Positions 43,550-53,494 of a stretch of DNA of 64,000 nt are shown piece after piece. The notes beneath the pieces are model-generated. The model was not told where the DNA came from. It ran no database searches and saw only the letters and a program-made list of their open reading frames with translations. The stretch lies in the NCBI GenBank assembly GCA_963813155.1, contig CAWEYG010000001.1, positions 128,001 to 192,000 of the forward strand, in the 5' to 3' direction. The DNA comes from an uncultured Acidobacteriota bacterium (GTDB lineage: Bacteria > Acidobacteriota > Thermoanaerobaculia > UBA5066 > DATFVB01). The translations under genes were made by a program, and so were the position numbers. Every line of letters begins with the position of its first letter. Position 1 is the stretch's first letter.

Positions 43550-44691
43550 AGCCCGCTCAGGATCTGGCGCGCGATGACGAGCTTCTGGATCTCGGTGGTT
43601 CCCTCGCCGATCGTGCAGAGCTTCACGTCCCGGAAGAACTTTTCCACGGGAAAGTCCTTGATGAATCCGTATCCGCCGTGGATCTGGAGCGCTTTGTCCG
43701 CGACGCGGACGCACATTTCGCCGGAGAAGTACTTCGCCATCGACGAGATCTTCGTCACCTTCTCCCCCGCGTCCCGCGCGGCCGCGGCCCGGCGGGTGAG
43801 GAGCGAGCCGGCGTCGATGTCGGTCGCCATCTCCGCGAGATAGAACTGAATGGCCTCGAACTCGGAGATCGCCTTTCCGAACTGGCGCCGCTCTCCGGAA
43901 TACCGCAGAGCGGCCTCGTAGGCGCCGCGCGCCATTCCCACGGCAAGGGACGCGATGCCGATGCGTCCCCCGTCGAGGATCGCGAGAGCCTGCTTGAAGC
44001 CCTCGTTCTCGCGGCCGATGAGGGCATCGCCGGGCAGCCGGCAGTCCTCGATCAGGAGAGTCGAGGTATCCGAGGCGCGCATCCCCAGCTTGTTTTCCTT
44101 CTTGCCGGGCCGGATTCCCGGGGTGCTCATCGGAATCGCGAACGCGGAGATGCCGTTCTTTCCTTTTTCGCGGTCCGTGACCGCCATCAGCACGACCATC
44201 TGGCCGGTGGAAGCGTGCGTGATGAAGGTTTTCTGTCCGTTGACGACCCAGCCGCTGCCGTCCCGGACGGCGATCGTTTGCATTCCTCCCGCGTCGGATC
44301 CGGAGCTCGGTTCCGTCAGGCCCCACGCGCCGATCCACTCGCCGGTGGCGAGCCGGGGAAGGTAGAGTTTTTTCTGCTGCTCCGAGCCGAACATCACGAG
44401 GTGATTCGTGCAGAGCGAATTGTGCGCGGCCACCGAGAGGGCCACCGAACCGTCCACGCGGGCGAGCTCCTCGATCAGGCCGATGTACTGCGACACGGTG
44501 AGAGCCGCGCCCCCGTGCTCCTCCGGAACGAAACAACCGAGGAAGCCGAGCGCCCCGAGCTTGTCCCACAGCGACCGGGGAAAAGCCTGCGCCTCGTCCC
44601 ACTCCATGACGTGGGGACGAAGCTCCTTCTCCGCGAAGTCCCGAGCCGTGTCGCGGATCGCCTGTTCGTCTTCCGTCAGCGAAAAGTTCAA
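43546..44691 (-). CDS. Acyl-CoA dehydrogenase
   Basis: GAWGLTEPSSGSDA, NGQKTFIT, KLGMRASDT, RRQFGKAI, QIHGGYG, IGEGTTEIQ. Confidence 0.93.
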   Translation of the reverse strand: MNFSLTEDEQAIRDTARDFAEKELRPHVMEWDEAQAFPRSLWDKLGALGFLGCFVPEEHGGAALTVSQYIGLIEELARVDGSVALSVAAHNSLCTNHLVMFGSEQQKKLYLPRLATGEWIGAWGLTEPSSGSDAGGMQTIAVRDGSGWVVNGQKTFITHASTGQMVVLMAVTDREKGKNGISAFAIPMSTPGIRPGKKENKLGMRASDTSTLLIEDCRLPGDALIGRENEGFKQALAILDGGRIGIASLAVGMARGAYEAALRYSGERRQFGKAISEFEAIQFYLAEMATDIDAGSLLTRRAAAARDAGEKVTKISSMAKYFSGEMCVRVADKALQIHGGYGFIKDFPVEKFFRDVKLCTIGEGTTEIQKLVIARQILSGL

Positions 44692-44715
44692 GCTCCGAGA
44701 TGATACATTTTTTCG

Positions 44716-45150
44716 ATGCCGATGATCATCGCGGCCGGCGGGCTCGCCGCAGCCGCCCTCCTGGCGCTCGCTCCCCGGGCGCTGATCCGGCGAGGCCAGG
44801 ATCGCCTCGCGCGCGAAATCCTCGAACGCAGCGGCTCGGAGCGGCCGCGGCTCCTCACGCGCGCGGAAAAGTTCGTGGGCGCCTACCGCCGCCTGCCGGG
44901 CGTCCTCGGGATGACCGGCGCGAGCCTGGTCTTCGAAAACCGGTTCGAGCCGCCGCTCGAGATTCCGCTCGGAGAAATCCGAAAGATCTCGACCGGAAAG
45001 CGCCTGTCCAGCGGGCGCCGCCTCTTCCACGACGAGGTCCTCGCTCTGACCGACGCCGCCGGAACGCTCTTCGAATTCCAGATGTCGCACGCGTCCTGTT
45101 TCCAGTGGCGCCAGCACCTCGGGGCGTGGTCCGCAAAACAGAAAGCCTAG
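44716..45150 (+). CDS. Hypothetical membrane-anchored protein
   Basis: N-terminal hydrophobic helix; fills the gap between neighbouring genes. Confidence 0.65.
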   Translation: MPMIIAAGGLAAAALLALAPRALIRRGQDRLAREILERSGSERPRLLTRAEKFVGAYRRLPGVLGMTGASLVFENRFEPPLEIPLGEIRKISTGKRLSSGRRLFHDEVLALTDAAGTLFEFQMSHASCFQWRQHLGAWSAKQKA

Positions 45151-45977
45151 GCGAACGCCGTCACGCGGTCTTTGAGCGAAGCCGGTAGAGCTTCGGCGAG
45201 CCGGGTCAGGATTTCCTCTTTCGAATATTTCGCGGAGAAGTGCGTGAGGACGATCGCTTCGTTCCGGAAGTCGGACGCCCGCGCCACGATGTCGGTCACG
45301 TGCAGGTGGCCGTACCCCCGCGCCTTTTCCTCCTCGCCGGGGCGCAGGAACGTGCACTCGATCAGCAAAACGCGCGACCGGAAGAGCTCGGGCGACTTCT
45401 CGAAGATGCCGGCGTCGCAGTCGCCCGTGTAGGAGAGCAGTGGCGTCTCGACCGTGTCGGAGAGCTCGCGGCCGAGCGCGCGCATTCGGGCGAGCTCCGG
45501 CGAGTCCATCCCCTCGAACTCCCGCTTCAATTTCCGCCGGCTCTCGAGAAACGTGTACCCGAGTGTCGGAACGCGGTGGCTCCCCTCGAACGCCCGGACG
45601 ACGAGATCCTTCCGCACCGCGATGCGATCGCCCGCGGACACGGGGCAGAGGGCGGCGTTGTACGTCTCGAACCCTTCGAGCCTCAGGTGGAGCGAAAGGA
45701 TCTTCGAGAGATCGGCGTGCGTCGCGGCGGGCACGTGGACGCTCCCCGAGGCGAGCCCCTGGAGGGTGCGCTGGGAAGCGTAGGTCGCGATGCCCGCGGC
45801 GTGGTCCAGATGGGCATGGCTGAGGAACACGTTCGGAATCGGAACGATCTCGTCGGGGCAACGCCCGACTTCGAGCGCCGAGCGGAGCTCCAGGAGGCGG
45901 TAGTAAGACTCCTGCCCGGCGACCGAGCGGCCCTGGACCCGGACGGAGCACACGTCGAGGGTGATCTCCCGTTCCAC
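45147..45977 (-). CDS. MBL-fold hydrolase, tRNase Z-like
   Basis: SHAHLDH, HRVPTLGY, YTGD, IECTF, GHLH, THFSAKY. Confidence 0.8.
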   Translation of the reverse strand: MEREITLDVCSVRVQGRSVAGQESYYRLLELRSALEVGRCPDEIVPIPNVFLSHAHLDHAAGIATYASQRTLQGLASGSVHVPAATHADLSKILSLHLRLEGFETYNAALCPVSAGDRIAVRKDLVVRAFEGSHRVPTLGYTFLESRRKLKREFEGMDSPELARMRALGRELSDTVETPLLSYTGDCDAGIFEKSPELFRSRVLLIECTFLRPGEEEKARGYGHLHVTDIVARASDFRNEAIVLTHFSAKYSKEEILTRLAEALPASLKDRVTAFA

Positions 45978-46044
45978 GTTTTCGAGCCTACCATCCCCAT
46001 TGCGCCCGCCTCGGCGCCCGGCGTATCATCCCATTGACAGATCG

Positions 46045-47652
46045 ATGGTTGTCTATAACGCCGGCTCCAAAGAGCTCACCGCCAAGATCGTGTACTACGG
46101 TCCGGGACTCGGCGGCAAAACGACGAACCTCCAGTTCCTTCACCGGCGCCTGGAGCCCTCCTCGGTCGGCAACCTGCTCACTCTCGCGGCGACCGCCGAC
46201 CGCACGATCTTCTTCGATCTGCTCCCCGTCGAGCTCGGAGAGCTGAAGGGCTACCGGATCCGTTTCCAGGTCGCGACCGTTCCGGGACAGTCGCCCTACA
46301 ACGAGACGAGGCGCGTCGTGTTGCGCGGAGTGGACGGAATCGTCTTCGTGGTCGATTCGCGCTGGTCGATGCTTCCGAAAAACCTCGAGAGCTTTCAGAA
46401 CCTGAAGGACAACCTCAAGGAAGAAGGAACTTCGATTGACACTCTCCCCGTCGTCGTGCAGTTCAACAAACGGGACCTCCCGGACGTCCTCGCTGTCGAC
46501 GCGCTCCAGGAAGGGCTCGGTCTCGGCCCGCTTCCGTACATCGAGGCCGTCGCTTCCGACGGGAAAGGCGTTGTCGAGACTTTCAAGCTCGTTTCCAAGC
46601 TGACATTCGTCGACATCCTTCGCCGTCTCCAGAAGAAAGGCGGGCCCCGCGAGGCGCGACCCTCCTCGACGGCCGCGGCGGAGGCTTCGAATCCCCTGCG
46701 TGCCGTTCCGTCCGCGATCGAGCTCGATACCGGCCAGGACGAGAGCGCGACCCGGGCGATCCCCGTGGCGTCCCACGCGACCCTCGACTCCCCTTTTTCT
46801 CCCGGCGACGACACGAATCCCGCTGTCCGGGTGGCAGCGGAAAGGCGCGAGGCGATCGTCCAGGAGACGTTCGCTCCTTTTCCGGAGGCCCCCGGCTCGC
46901 CGCGCGAAGACACGAACCCCGCCTTTTTTCCGAGCGGGCGAGAGCACCCTTCTTCGAGCCCGAGCACGACCGCCTCGTTCCCGGCGTTCGACCCGGAGCC
47001 GCGGACGGGCGAGATCGAGGTCCTCTCGCCCCCCGAAGGGGCGGAGCCCGCTGCGTTTGCCGAAGAGGCGTCTCCGTGGACCGAGGCCGCCGCGGAAGCG
47101 CCTCCGGCAGCTTCCCGTCTCGAAGCGCTGGAGTCCCGCCTTTCGGCGATTCAGAGGGCGAAGCCCTGGACAGCGGAGCTCGACGAGCTCCGCACGGCGC
47201 TGGCGAACCAGAAACTCGGGGCCGAACGCGGTTTCGGCGACATCCGTTCCGCGGTCGAGCGAATCCAGAGGGAAGCCGAAGAGTCCTCGAACCGGGAGAT
47301 GGAGCTCGTCGCCCAGATCAGCCGCGAGTCTCTCGGCGTCGCCGCAGCCCTGGAGAAGCTCGGCTTCCGGATCCAGGAGACGGAAGAGAAATTCAGCCAG
47401 CTCGCGATCGACCAGGAATCGCGGCTGAGCCGTCTCGAAAGGCTGATCGAGGAACAGGCGGAAAGGAATCTCCAGGATCACGAAGCTCAGCGCCGGACCG
47501 CGCTGGAGATCCGCGAGACCCTCGAGGCGTCCCGCGTCGATTCGGAGGAGCGCCTCGCCTCGTTCGAATCGCTGCGGGAGGCCCTTTCCACGACCCTCGG
47601 CGACCTGGCGGACAAACTCCGCCGGGCCGTGAAAGCGGCCGGGCAGACCTGA
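46045..47652 (+). CDS. MglA-like small GTPase with a Pro/acidic linker and C-terminal coiled coil
   Basis: KIVYYGPGLGGKTTNL, DRTIFFD, TVPGQ, LRGVDGIVFVVDS, QFNKRDLP. Confidence 0.85.
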   Translation: MVVYNAGSKELTAKIVYYGPGLGGKTTNLQFLHRRLEPSSVGNLLTLAATADRTIFFDLLPVELGELKGYRIRFQVATVPGQSPYNETRRVVLRGVDGIVFVVDSRWSMLPKNLESFQNLKDNLKEEGTSIDTLPVVVQFNKRDLPDVLAVDALQEGLGLGPLPYIEAVASDGKGVVETFKLVSKLTFVDILRRLQKKGGPREARPSSTAAAEASNPLRAVPSAIELDTGQDESATRAIPVASHATLDSPFSPGDDTNPAVRVAAERREAIVQETFAPFPEAPGSPREDTNPAFFPSGREHPSSSPSTTASFPAFDPEPRTGEIEVLSPPEGAEPAAFAEEASPWTEAAAEAPPAASRLEALESRLSAIQRAKPWTAELDELRTALANQKLGAERGFGDIRSAVERIQREAEESSNREMELVAQISRESLGVAAALEKLGFRIQETEEKFSQLAIDQESRLSRLERLIEEQAERNLQDHEAQRRTALEIRETLEASRVDSEERLASFESLREALSTTLGDLADKLRRAVKAAGQT

Positions 47653-47692
47653 TTCCGAATCGAAGCAGCCGCGGCCCCCGCGCGAGGATGAA

Positions 47693-48838
47693 ATGAGCGT
47701 GCTCGCCGTTCTTGTCGGGGCAGCCATCATCGTCCTCGTCCTCTGGGACGCGTTCGAATCGATCGTCCTGCCCCGCCGGGTCACGAGACGATTCCGGCTG
47801 ACCCGCTATTTCTACCGCTCGACGTGGAAGCCCTGGTCCTCGCTGGCGCGCCGGCTGCGGCCAGGCAAGCTGCGCGAGGGCATGCTGAGCGCCTACGGGC
47901 CGCTCTCGCTCCTGCTGCTGCTGGTCGTCTGGGCCGTCGGCCTCACGATCGGCTTCGCGCTGCTGCAGTGGGCCGGTCATTCCCTGGAGGATTCCGCGAA
48001 GCGGGCTTCCTTCGCGACTGACCTCTACATGAGCGGAACGACTTTTTTCACGCTCGGTCTCGGCGACGTGACGCCCCACGGCGCGCGCGCTCGCCTTCTG
48101 ACCGTCCTCGAGGCGGGAACCGGTTTCGGGTTCCTCGCCGTCGTGATCGGCTACCTGCCCGTCATTTACTCGGCATTTTCGCGCCGGGAAACCAACATCA
48201 CGCTTCTCGACGCGCGCGCGGGGTCTCCGCCGTCCGCCCGCGAGCTCCTCAAGCGTTTCGCCCACCCGGACGCCCATCCCTCGATGGCCAGGTTCCTCCG
48301 CGATTGGGAGCTCTGGACCGCGGAGCTGATGGAGAGCCACCTGTCGTATCCCGTTCTCTGTTACTACAGGTCCCAACACGACAATCAATCCTGGCTCGCC
48401 GCTCTGACGACGATTCTCGACGCCTGCTCCTTCGTGACGGCGCACGGGGAGGGCGAAGTGGCGTGGCAGGCGAAAATGACCTTCGCGATCGCGCGCCACG
48501 CCGTCGTTGACCTCTCGCAGGTGCTGATCGCGCCCCCGGGCCCGTGGGTCGAGGACCGCCTTCCGCGCGGAGAGCTCGAGCAGCTGCGCGAAGACCTCCG
48601 GCTGGCGGGAATTCCGTTGTGCACCGAGCCCGAGGGAGCGGAACGACTCCGCGCTTACCAGCGGCTCTACGAGCCGTACGTGCATGCCCTGGCCAACCGC
48701 CTGCTCATCTCGATCCCCGGGTGGTCGCCGGCGGTCGGCAAGGCCCCCAGCGACAACTGGCAGACGAGCGCCTGGGAGAAGCAGTCGAAGGATCGATCCG
48801 GCTCCGCGTCCACTCCGGCCGACGACGAGCACGCATGA
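47693..48838 (+). CDS. Potassium channel family (Ion_trans_2) protein
   Basis: LYMSGTTFFTLGLGD pore motif, FSRRE, ESHLSYP, SWLAAL. Confidence 0.8.
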   Translation: MSVLAVLVGAAIIVLVLWDAFESIVLPRRVTRRFRLTRYFYRSTWKPWSSLARRLRPGKLREGMLSAYGPLSLLLLLVVWAVGLTIGFALLQWAGHSLEDSAKRASFATDLYMSGTTFFTLGLGDVTPHGARARLLTVLEAGTGFGFLAVVIGYLPVIYSAFSRRETNITLLDARAGSPPSARELLKRFAHPDAHPSMARFLRDWELWTAELMESHLSYPVLCYYRSQHDNQSWLAALTTILDACSFVTAHGEGEVAWQAKMTFAIARHAVVDLSQVLIAPPGPWVEDRLPRGELEQLREDLRLAGIPLCTEPEGAERLRAYQRLYEPYVHALANRLLISIPGWSPAVGKAPSDNWQTSAWEKQSKDRSGSASTPADDEHA

Positions 48839-48980
48839 CCTCTCGCCCCGGGCGGGATCGATTTTGACAAGAAAACCGTAACTTTCCGGGGTGCTTCCGG
48901 CGTTTGCCAGTGGGATGCTGCGCACGAACGGGCCGAAAGTCAGGAATCTTCCTCCGCCCCCGGCCGTTTTCGAAGGTCGA

Positions 48981-49859
48981 ATGGCCGAGCTCGCCCGCCG
49001 CCTCCCGGACAACGTCGAAGGAGACTTCTATGTCGACAGCACGTGCATCGACTGCGACGCGTGCCGGCAGATCGCTCCCGCGATTTTCCGCGAAAAAGGC
49101 GGCCGGTCGATCGTCTGCCGCCAGCCGTCCAGCCCGGAGGAAGATCGCCGCGCGATGATGGCTCTCGTCGCGTGCCCGACGGGATCGATCGGGGCTCCCC
49201 GCGAGCGCGACCGCCGGGCCGGCGTGAGCGCCTTCCCCGAGCGCCTCGTCGAAAACGTTTCGTTCTGCGGCTTCACGGCCGAGTCGAGCTTCGGCGCCTG
49301 GAGCTACCTCGTGTCCCGCTCGCCCGCGGACGGGGGAAACGTGCTCGTGGACTCTCCCCGGTTCGCGGCGCCCCTCGTCGCCCGGATCGAGGAAATGGGC
49401 GGCGTCTCGGCGCTCTTTCTCACCCATCGGGACGATGTCGCCGACCACGAGAAATTCGCCCGGCGATTCGGCTGCAAGCGATACCTGCGCGCCTCCGACG
49501 ACGGCGCGCGTTTCGGGGTCGAAGAGGCGTGGAGCGGAGACGATCCGCTTCCGATCGGCGACGACTTCCTGGCGATTCCGACTCCCGGCCACACGCGGGG
49601 GCATGCCGTTCTCCTCTACCGGAACAAGTACCTCTTCACGGGCGATCACCTCGCGTGGTCGCCCTCCCGAAAGCGTCTCACGGCCTTTCGCGGGGCTTGC
49701 TGGTACTCGTGGGAAGAGCAGATCCGGTCGATGCGCCGGCTTCTCGATTTCTCCTTCGAGTGGGTGCTTCCCGGCCACGGCCGGATCCACCACGCCCCCG
49801 CGGGTGAGATGCGCGCTTCGCTCGAAAAATGCATCGAATGGATGGAGAAATCGGCTTGA
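48981..49859 (+). CDS. Ferredoxin-fused MBL-fold metallo-hydrolase
   Basis: CIDCDAC...CPTGSI; THRDDVADH, TPGHTRG, FTGDHL, LPGHG. Confidence 0.87.
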   Translation: MAELARRLPDNVEGDFYVDSTCIDCDACRQIAPAIFREKGGRSIVCRQPSSPEEDRRAMMALVACPTGSIGAPRERDRRAGVSAFPERLVENVSFCGFTAESSFGAWSYLVSRSPADGGNVLVDSPRFAAPLVARIEEMGGVSALFLTHRDDVADHEKFARRFGCKRYLRASDDGARFGVEEAWSGDDPLPIGDDFLAIPTPGHTRGHAVLLYRNKYLFTGDHLAWSPSRKRLTAFRGACWYSWEEQIRSMRRLLDFSFEWVLPGHGRIHHAPAGEMRASLEKCIEWMEKSA

Positions 49860-49879
49860 ACGAAGAAAGGAGATCTCGA

Positions 49880-50765
49880 ATGCACCGAATCGGAATGTTC
49901 GCTCGCGGCCGTCGCCTGCTCGGCGAGCGTTCAGGCGGCCGGGACGCTGAAAGTTCGCGTCGGACCGACGCGAACCTACGGACAGCTGGCCGCGCAGGTC
50001 CGGCAGTCGATGGGCGCAACGCCCGTCCCGTCGAAACGGAGCCGGAACGCGATCGAGTACGACCTCGGGTACAGCGCCCTCCTGCTCCCGGGAGCCGGCA
50101 ACCTGGCGGGGAGCAACGGCACCTACTTCCGCTCGGACGTGATGCTCGTCAACTACCTGAACGTCGACCAGGACGTTGCGCTCACCTGGCTCGCGCAGGG
50201 CGTGGACAACTCGAACGCCCAGGCCCAGATCTACACGCTGACGAAGCAGTCCGTGGTGGCCCTCGACGACTTCGTCGGCCAGACGCTTCAGAAACAGGGA
50301 CTCGGCGCCGTCGCGATCGTGGGCGTCGACAGCTCGGGAAATTACGACGTCAATGCCGACATCGACGCGACTTCGCGAATCTGGACCCCCCAGCCGGGCG
50401 GCGCGGGCACGACTTCGCTTCAGCTGGCGGCCGTCACGACCCCCGATCTCTTCGACAATCCTCCCGGCTACGCGTTCGGGTTGAAGCAAACGGCCGGATT
50501 CCACTCGAACGTGGGGATCGTCAACCTCGACAGTGTCGCCCACACGTTCACCGTCGGCGTGAACGGGCAGAACACCACCGCCTCGTTCAACGTCACCGTC
50601 CCCGCCTTTTCTCTCCAGCAGGTCCCTCTCCCGGACGGCGATTTCGGCGACCTGTGGCTGTCATTCGTGCCCGAGGGAGGGGGATTCGCCTGGAGCGCTT
50701 ACGGGGTGAGCGACGACAACACGACGGGCGACGGATGGGCCTCGCACGCGCATCAGCCCCAGTGA
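49880..50765 (+). CDS. Hypothetical secreted protein, with a +1 frameshift at ~49900 in the signal peptide
   Basis: AAGGAG then ATG 49880; the signal peptide LAAVACSASVQA is in the frame of ORF 50010..50765; LLPGAGNLAGSNGTYFRSD...DNTTGDG. Confidence 0.7.
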
Positions 50766-50789
50766 GGGACCTCTTTCGCGGGCGCGCGG

Positions 50790-52262
50790 CTACAGCAGCG
50801 GCGACATCAGCCGCGCGAGGCCCTGGCCGAGCAGCGCGAAGAAGCCCCGGCCCGAGAGCAGCTTCGGCGTGATTTCCCGGCTGAACTCGAGATCTTCGTA
50901 AAACTGGCGCTCGAGCCGGTCCGCGAAGCCCGGGTCGAAGACGAGCGCGCTGATCTCGAAATTCAGCCAGAAGCTCCGCACGTCGACGTTGGCGGACCCC
51001 ACGAGGCACCACCTCCCGTCGACGACCATCGTCTTGGAATGGAGCATCGAGCGCCGGTATTCGAAGATCCGCACGCCCGCCCGCACGAGGCTCGCGTAGT
51101 ACGAACGGGACGCCGGACCCATCAGCGCAATGTCGTTTTTCTCCGGCAGCAGGACCCGGACGTCGACCCCGCGCAGCGCCGCCGTCACGAGCGCGCGAAC
51201 CGTCGGGCCGTCGGGAATGAAGTACGGGCTCGCGATGAAGCACCGCGACACGGCCGACGTGATTCCCGCGAAATATCCGAGCCGGTTCGCGTTGGCTTCC
51301 TGGTCGGGGCCGCTCGGGAGCACGGCGACGAGGCAGCCGTCCTTCTCCCGGAATTCGGGCTCCGGGACGTCGAGCAGTTCTTCGCTCTCCGTCGCGAATG
51401 ACCAGTCTTCTGCGAACACCTCGCCGAGCTGACCCGCGGCCGGGCCCCTCAGCACGAGCAGCGTGTCGCGCCACGGTCTCTGCTTCACCCGGCCGAACGC
51501 GCCCGAATACTCGTTTCCGATGTTCATGCCGCCCGTCATCGCGAGCTCGCCGTCGACGACGAGGATCTTCCGATGGTTTCGAAGGTGCACGGCCCAGCGC
51601 TTGCGCAGAGGATTGACCGGGAGAAAGACCTCGACGTGCCCGCCGGCGGCCCGGATGGCCCCCAGCGCCGCGGCGTCGATTCCCCACGATCCGACGGCGT
51701 CGTAGAGCAGGCGCACGTCGACCCCCTCGCGGGCTCGTGCGCAGAGGAGCTCGAGGAACTCCTTTCCGGTCCCGTCGTTCTTCACCATGTAGAACTCGGC
51801 CCAGACCGAACGCCGGGCGCCGCGAAGCGCATCCGTGATCCGCCGGGTCGCCTCCGCGTTGTGCGAGATGAGCTCCGCGGAGTTGCCCCCGGCGGCCGGG
51901 ATGTCGGAAAGGCGGCTCGCGAGGCGAACGATCGAGCGCTCGACGGCGGACAGGCGCTCTTCCTCGCCTTCTCGAAGCCCGGAGCTCCCCTGTCCGGGCT
52001 TGTGCCGGCGCAGTTGCCGGGTCGCCGCGCGCTTGGCCCGCCGCGTTCTCGCGACATGGGGATTCGCAAGGAGCAGGTAGGCGATCGGCCCGGCGACGGG
52101 AAACGCGATGATCGCGAAGATCCATGCGAGCGTGCTCGCGAACCCGCGCCCTCGGACGATCGCGAGCACGAGGACCCCCAGAACGACGAGGTCGTAGACG
52201 AAGAGCGCGGGAACCGGGACGCGGGAAAGGAGCGATCCGAGGTGAACGAGCCGGGTCAGCAC
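50790..52262 (-). CDS. cls: Cardiolipin synthase
   Basis: PLDc_N (AWIFAIIAFPVAG) and two HKD motifs (RNHRKILVVD, LHSKTMVVD). Confidence 0.9.
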   Translation of the reverse strand: MLTRLVHLGSLLSRVPVPALFVYDLVVLGVLVLAIVRGRGFASTLAWIFAIIAFPVAGPIAYLLLANPHVARTRRAKRAATRQLRRHKPGQGSSGLREGEEERLSAVERSIVRLASRLSDIPAAGGNSAELISHNAEATRRITDALRGARRSVWAEFYMVKNDGTGKEFLELLCARAREGVDVRLLYDAVGSWGIDAAALGAIRAAGGHVEVFLPVNPLRKRWAVHLRNHRKILVVDGELAMTGGMNIGNEYSGAFGRVKQRPWRDTLLVLRGPAAGQLGEVFAEDWSFATESEELLDVPEPEFREKDGCLVAVLPSGPDQEANANRLGYFAGITSAVSRCFIASPYFIPDGPTVRALVTAALRGVDVRVLLPEKNDIALMGPASRSYYASLVRAGVRIFEYRRSMLHSKTMVVDGRWCLVGSANVDVRSFWLNFEISALVFDPGFADRLERQFYEDLEFSREITPKLLSGRGFFALLGQGLARLMSPLL

Positions 52263-52292
52263 GGAGCCAGCGCCTCGAATAACATTCCCGGC

Positions 52293-52427
52293 GTGCCGGA
52301 AGACCCTCGCGAGCAGCAGGCCCGAAACTCGCCCCGGGCGGTCATGGCGGCCTTTCTCCTGGCCGCGATCGTCTTCGGGGCGGCCGCGCTCTTCGCGTTC
52401 GTTCTCTTTTCCCGCGCCTGCGGGTGA
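52293..52427 (+). CDS. Small (44 aa) single-TM protein
   Basis: GTG lies 7 nt after TAACAT; sequence MPEDPREQQARNSPRAVMAAFLLAAIVFGAAALFAFVLFSRACG. Confidence 0.5.
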   Translation: MPEDPREQQARNSPRAVMAAFLLAAIVFGAAALFAFVLFSRACG

Positions 52428-52492
52428 CGTCGGCTCACGAGCCGGATGTTACACGCCGGAAGCTGGCATTCTCTATGCTATCGAACGACAGG

Positions 52493-53440
52493 ATGGGGAC
52501 AAGCCTTCTCGTTTTCCTCGCCGCGGCGGCGATCGGCGGCGCGGATCGTCCGGCCATCGCCCAGGAGGCCTGCCCCGGCCCGGACGACGGGCAGGTCGTC
52601 GTGGCGGGACTCGACGCGCAGGCCACTCTCCCGCCCGACACGTCCGCCCCTCCCAACGACGCGCCGGAGACCGAGACGCCGCCCAAGCCGCGGCCTTCTC
52701 TGCCGGTTCGCGTCTTTCTCCGCGCCAAGGAGGAAGCGGGACGATACGTCGCCGACGCGGCGGGTCTCGTCCTCGCGCCCGCGAAGTGGGATTCCGGCGA
52801 TTGGAAAACGGCGGCGGGCGCGACGCTCATTCTCGGCGGCCTTTTCGCGGCGGACGAATCCATCGACCGCGCGGCCCAGAGAAACCGGTCGACGTTCACG
52901 AACCATGTCTCGTCGGCGACGACGAGTCTGGGGGGAGGCGAAGGACCCGAGATCTCCGGGCTGCTGCTCGCGGTCGGAATCGTCTTCCACGACCCGAACA
53001 CGCGCGACATGGGGCGCGAAGCGCTCGAGGCCGGGCTCTTCACGAGCCTGCTCAACAACCTCGTTCTGAAAAGAGCGTTCGGCCGCGAGCGGCCATTTCG
53101 GTCCAACGGGGAGACGGATTTCGATGCCGGCACGCGCAACGACTCCTTCCCGTCCGGACACGCGACGGAAGCGTTTTCCGTCGCCTCCGTCGTCGCCATG
53201 CGAGCGCCCGGCTGGATCATCCCCGGCCTCGCGTACGCGGCCGCCACGATCGTGGCGTTCGACCGCGTGAACGACCACGTCCACTTCGCGAGCGACGTCT
53301 TCGCGGGGGCCGTCCTCGGCACGGTCACCGGCCGCTGGCTCGTCGCGCGGCACCGCCGGGAAGAGCAGAAAGGCGCCCCGAAAGCGTCGATCGACATCGT
53401 CCCCATCCGCAACGGCCTCTCCGCGAGGGTTCGCTTCTAG
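52493..53440 (+). CDS. PAP2 family phosphatase
   Basis: KRAFGRERP, SFPSGHA, DRVNDHVHFASDV; signal peptide. Confidence 0.85.
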   Translation: MGTSLLVFLAAAAIGGADRPAIAQEACPGPDDGQVVVAGLDAQATLPPDTSAPPNDAPETETPPKPRPSLPVRVFLRAKEEAGRYVADAAGLVLAPAKWDSGDWKTAAGATLILGGLFAADESIDRAAQRNRSTFTNHVSSATTSLGGGEGPEISGLLLAVGIVFHDPNTRDMGREALEAGLFTSLLNNLVLKRAFGRERPFRSNGETDFDAGTRNDSFPSGHATEAFSVASVVAMRAPGWIIPGLAYAAATIVAFDRVNDHVHFASDVFAGAVLGTVTGRWLVARHRREEQKGAPKASIDIVPIRNGLSARVRF

Positions 53441-53494
53441 ACCGCCTTTCCCCGCGAACGCTTCGATATAATCCCGCCCGGAACGGAGGCTGAC

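Noticed and set aside
42602-45951. Extended ORFs suggesting fused meaB or acyl-CoA dehydrogenase proteins
   Set aside because: The extensions run through other genes' frames; true starts are near 43549 and 44691.
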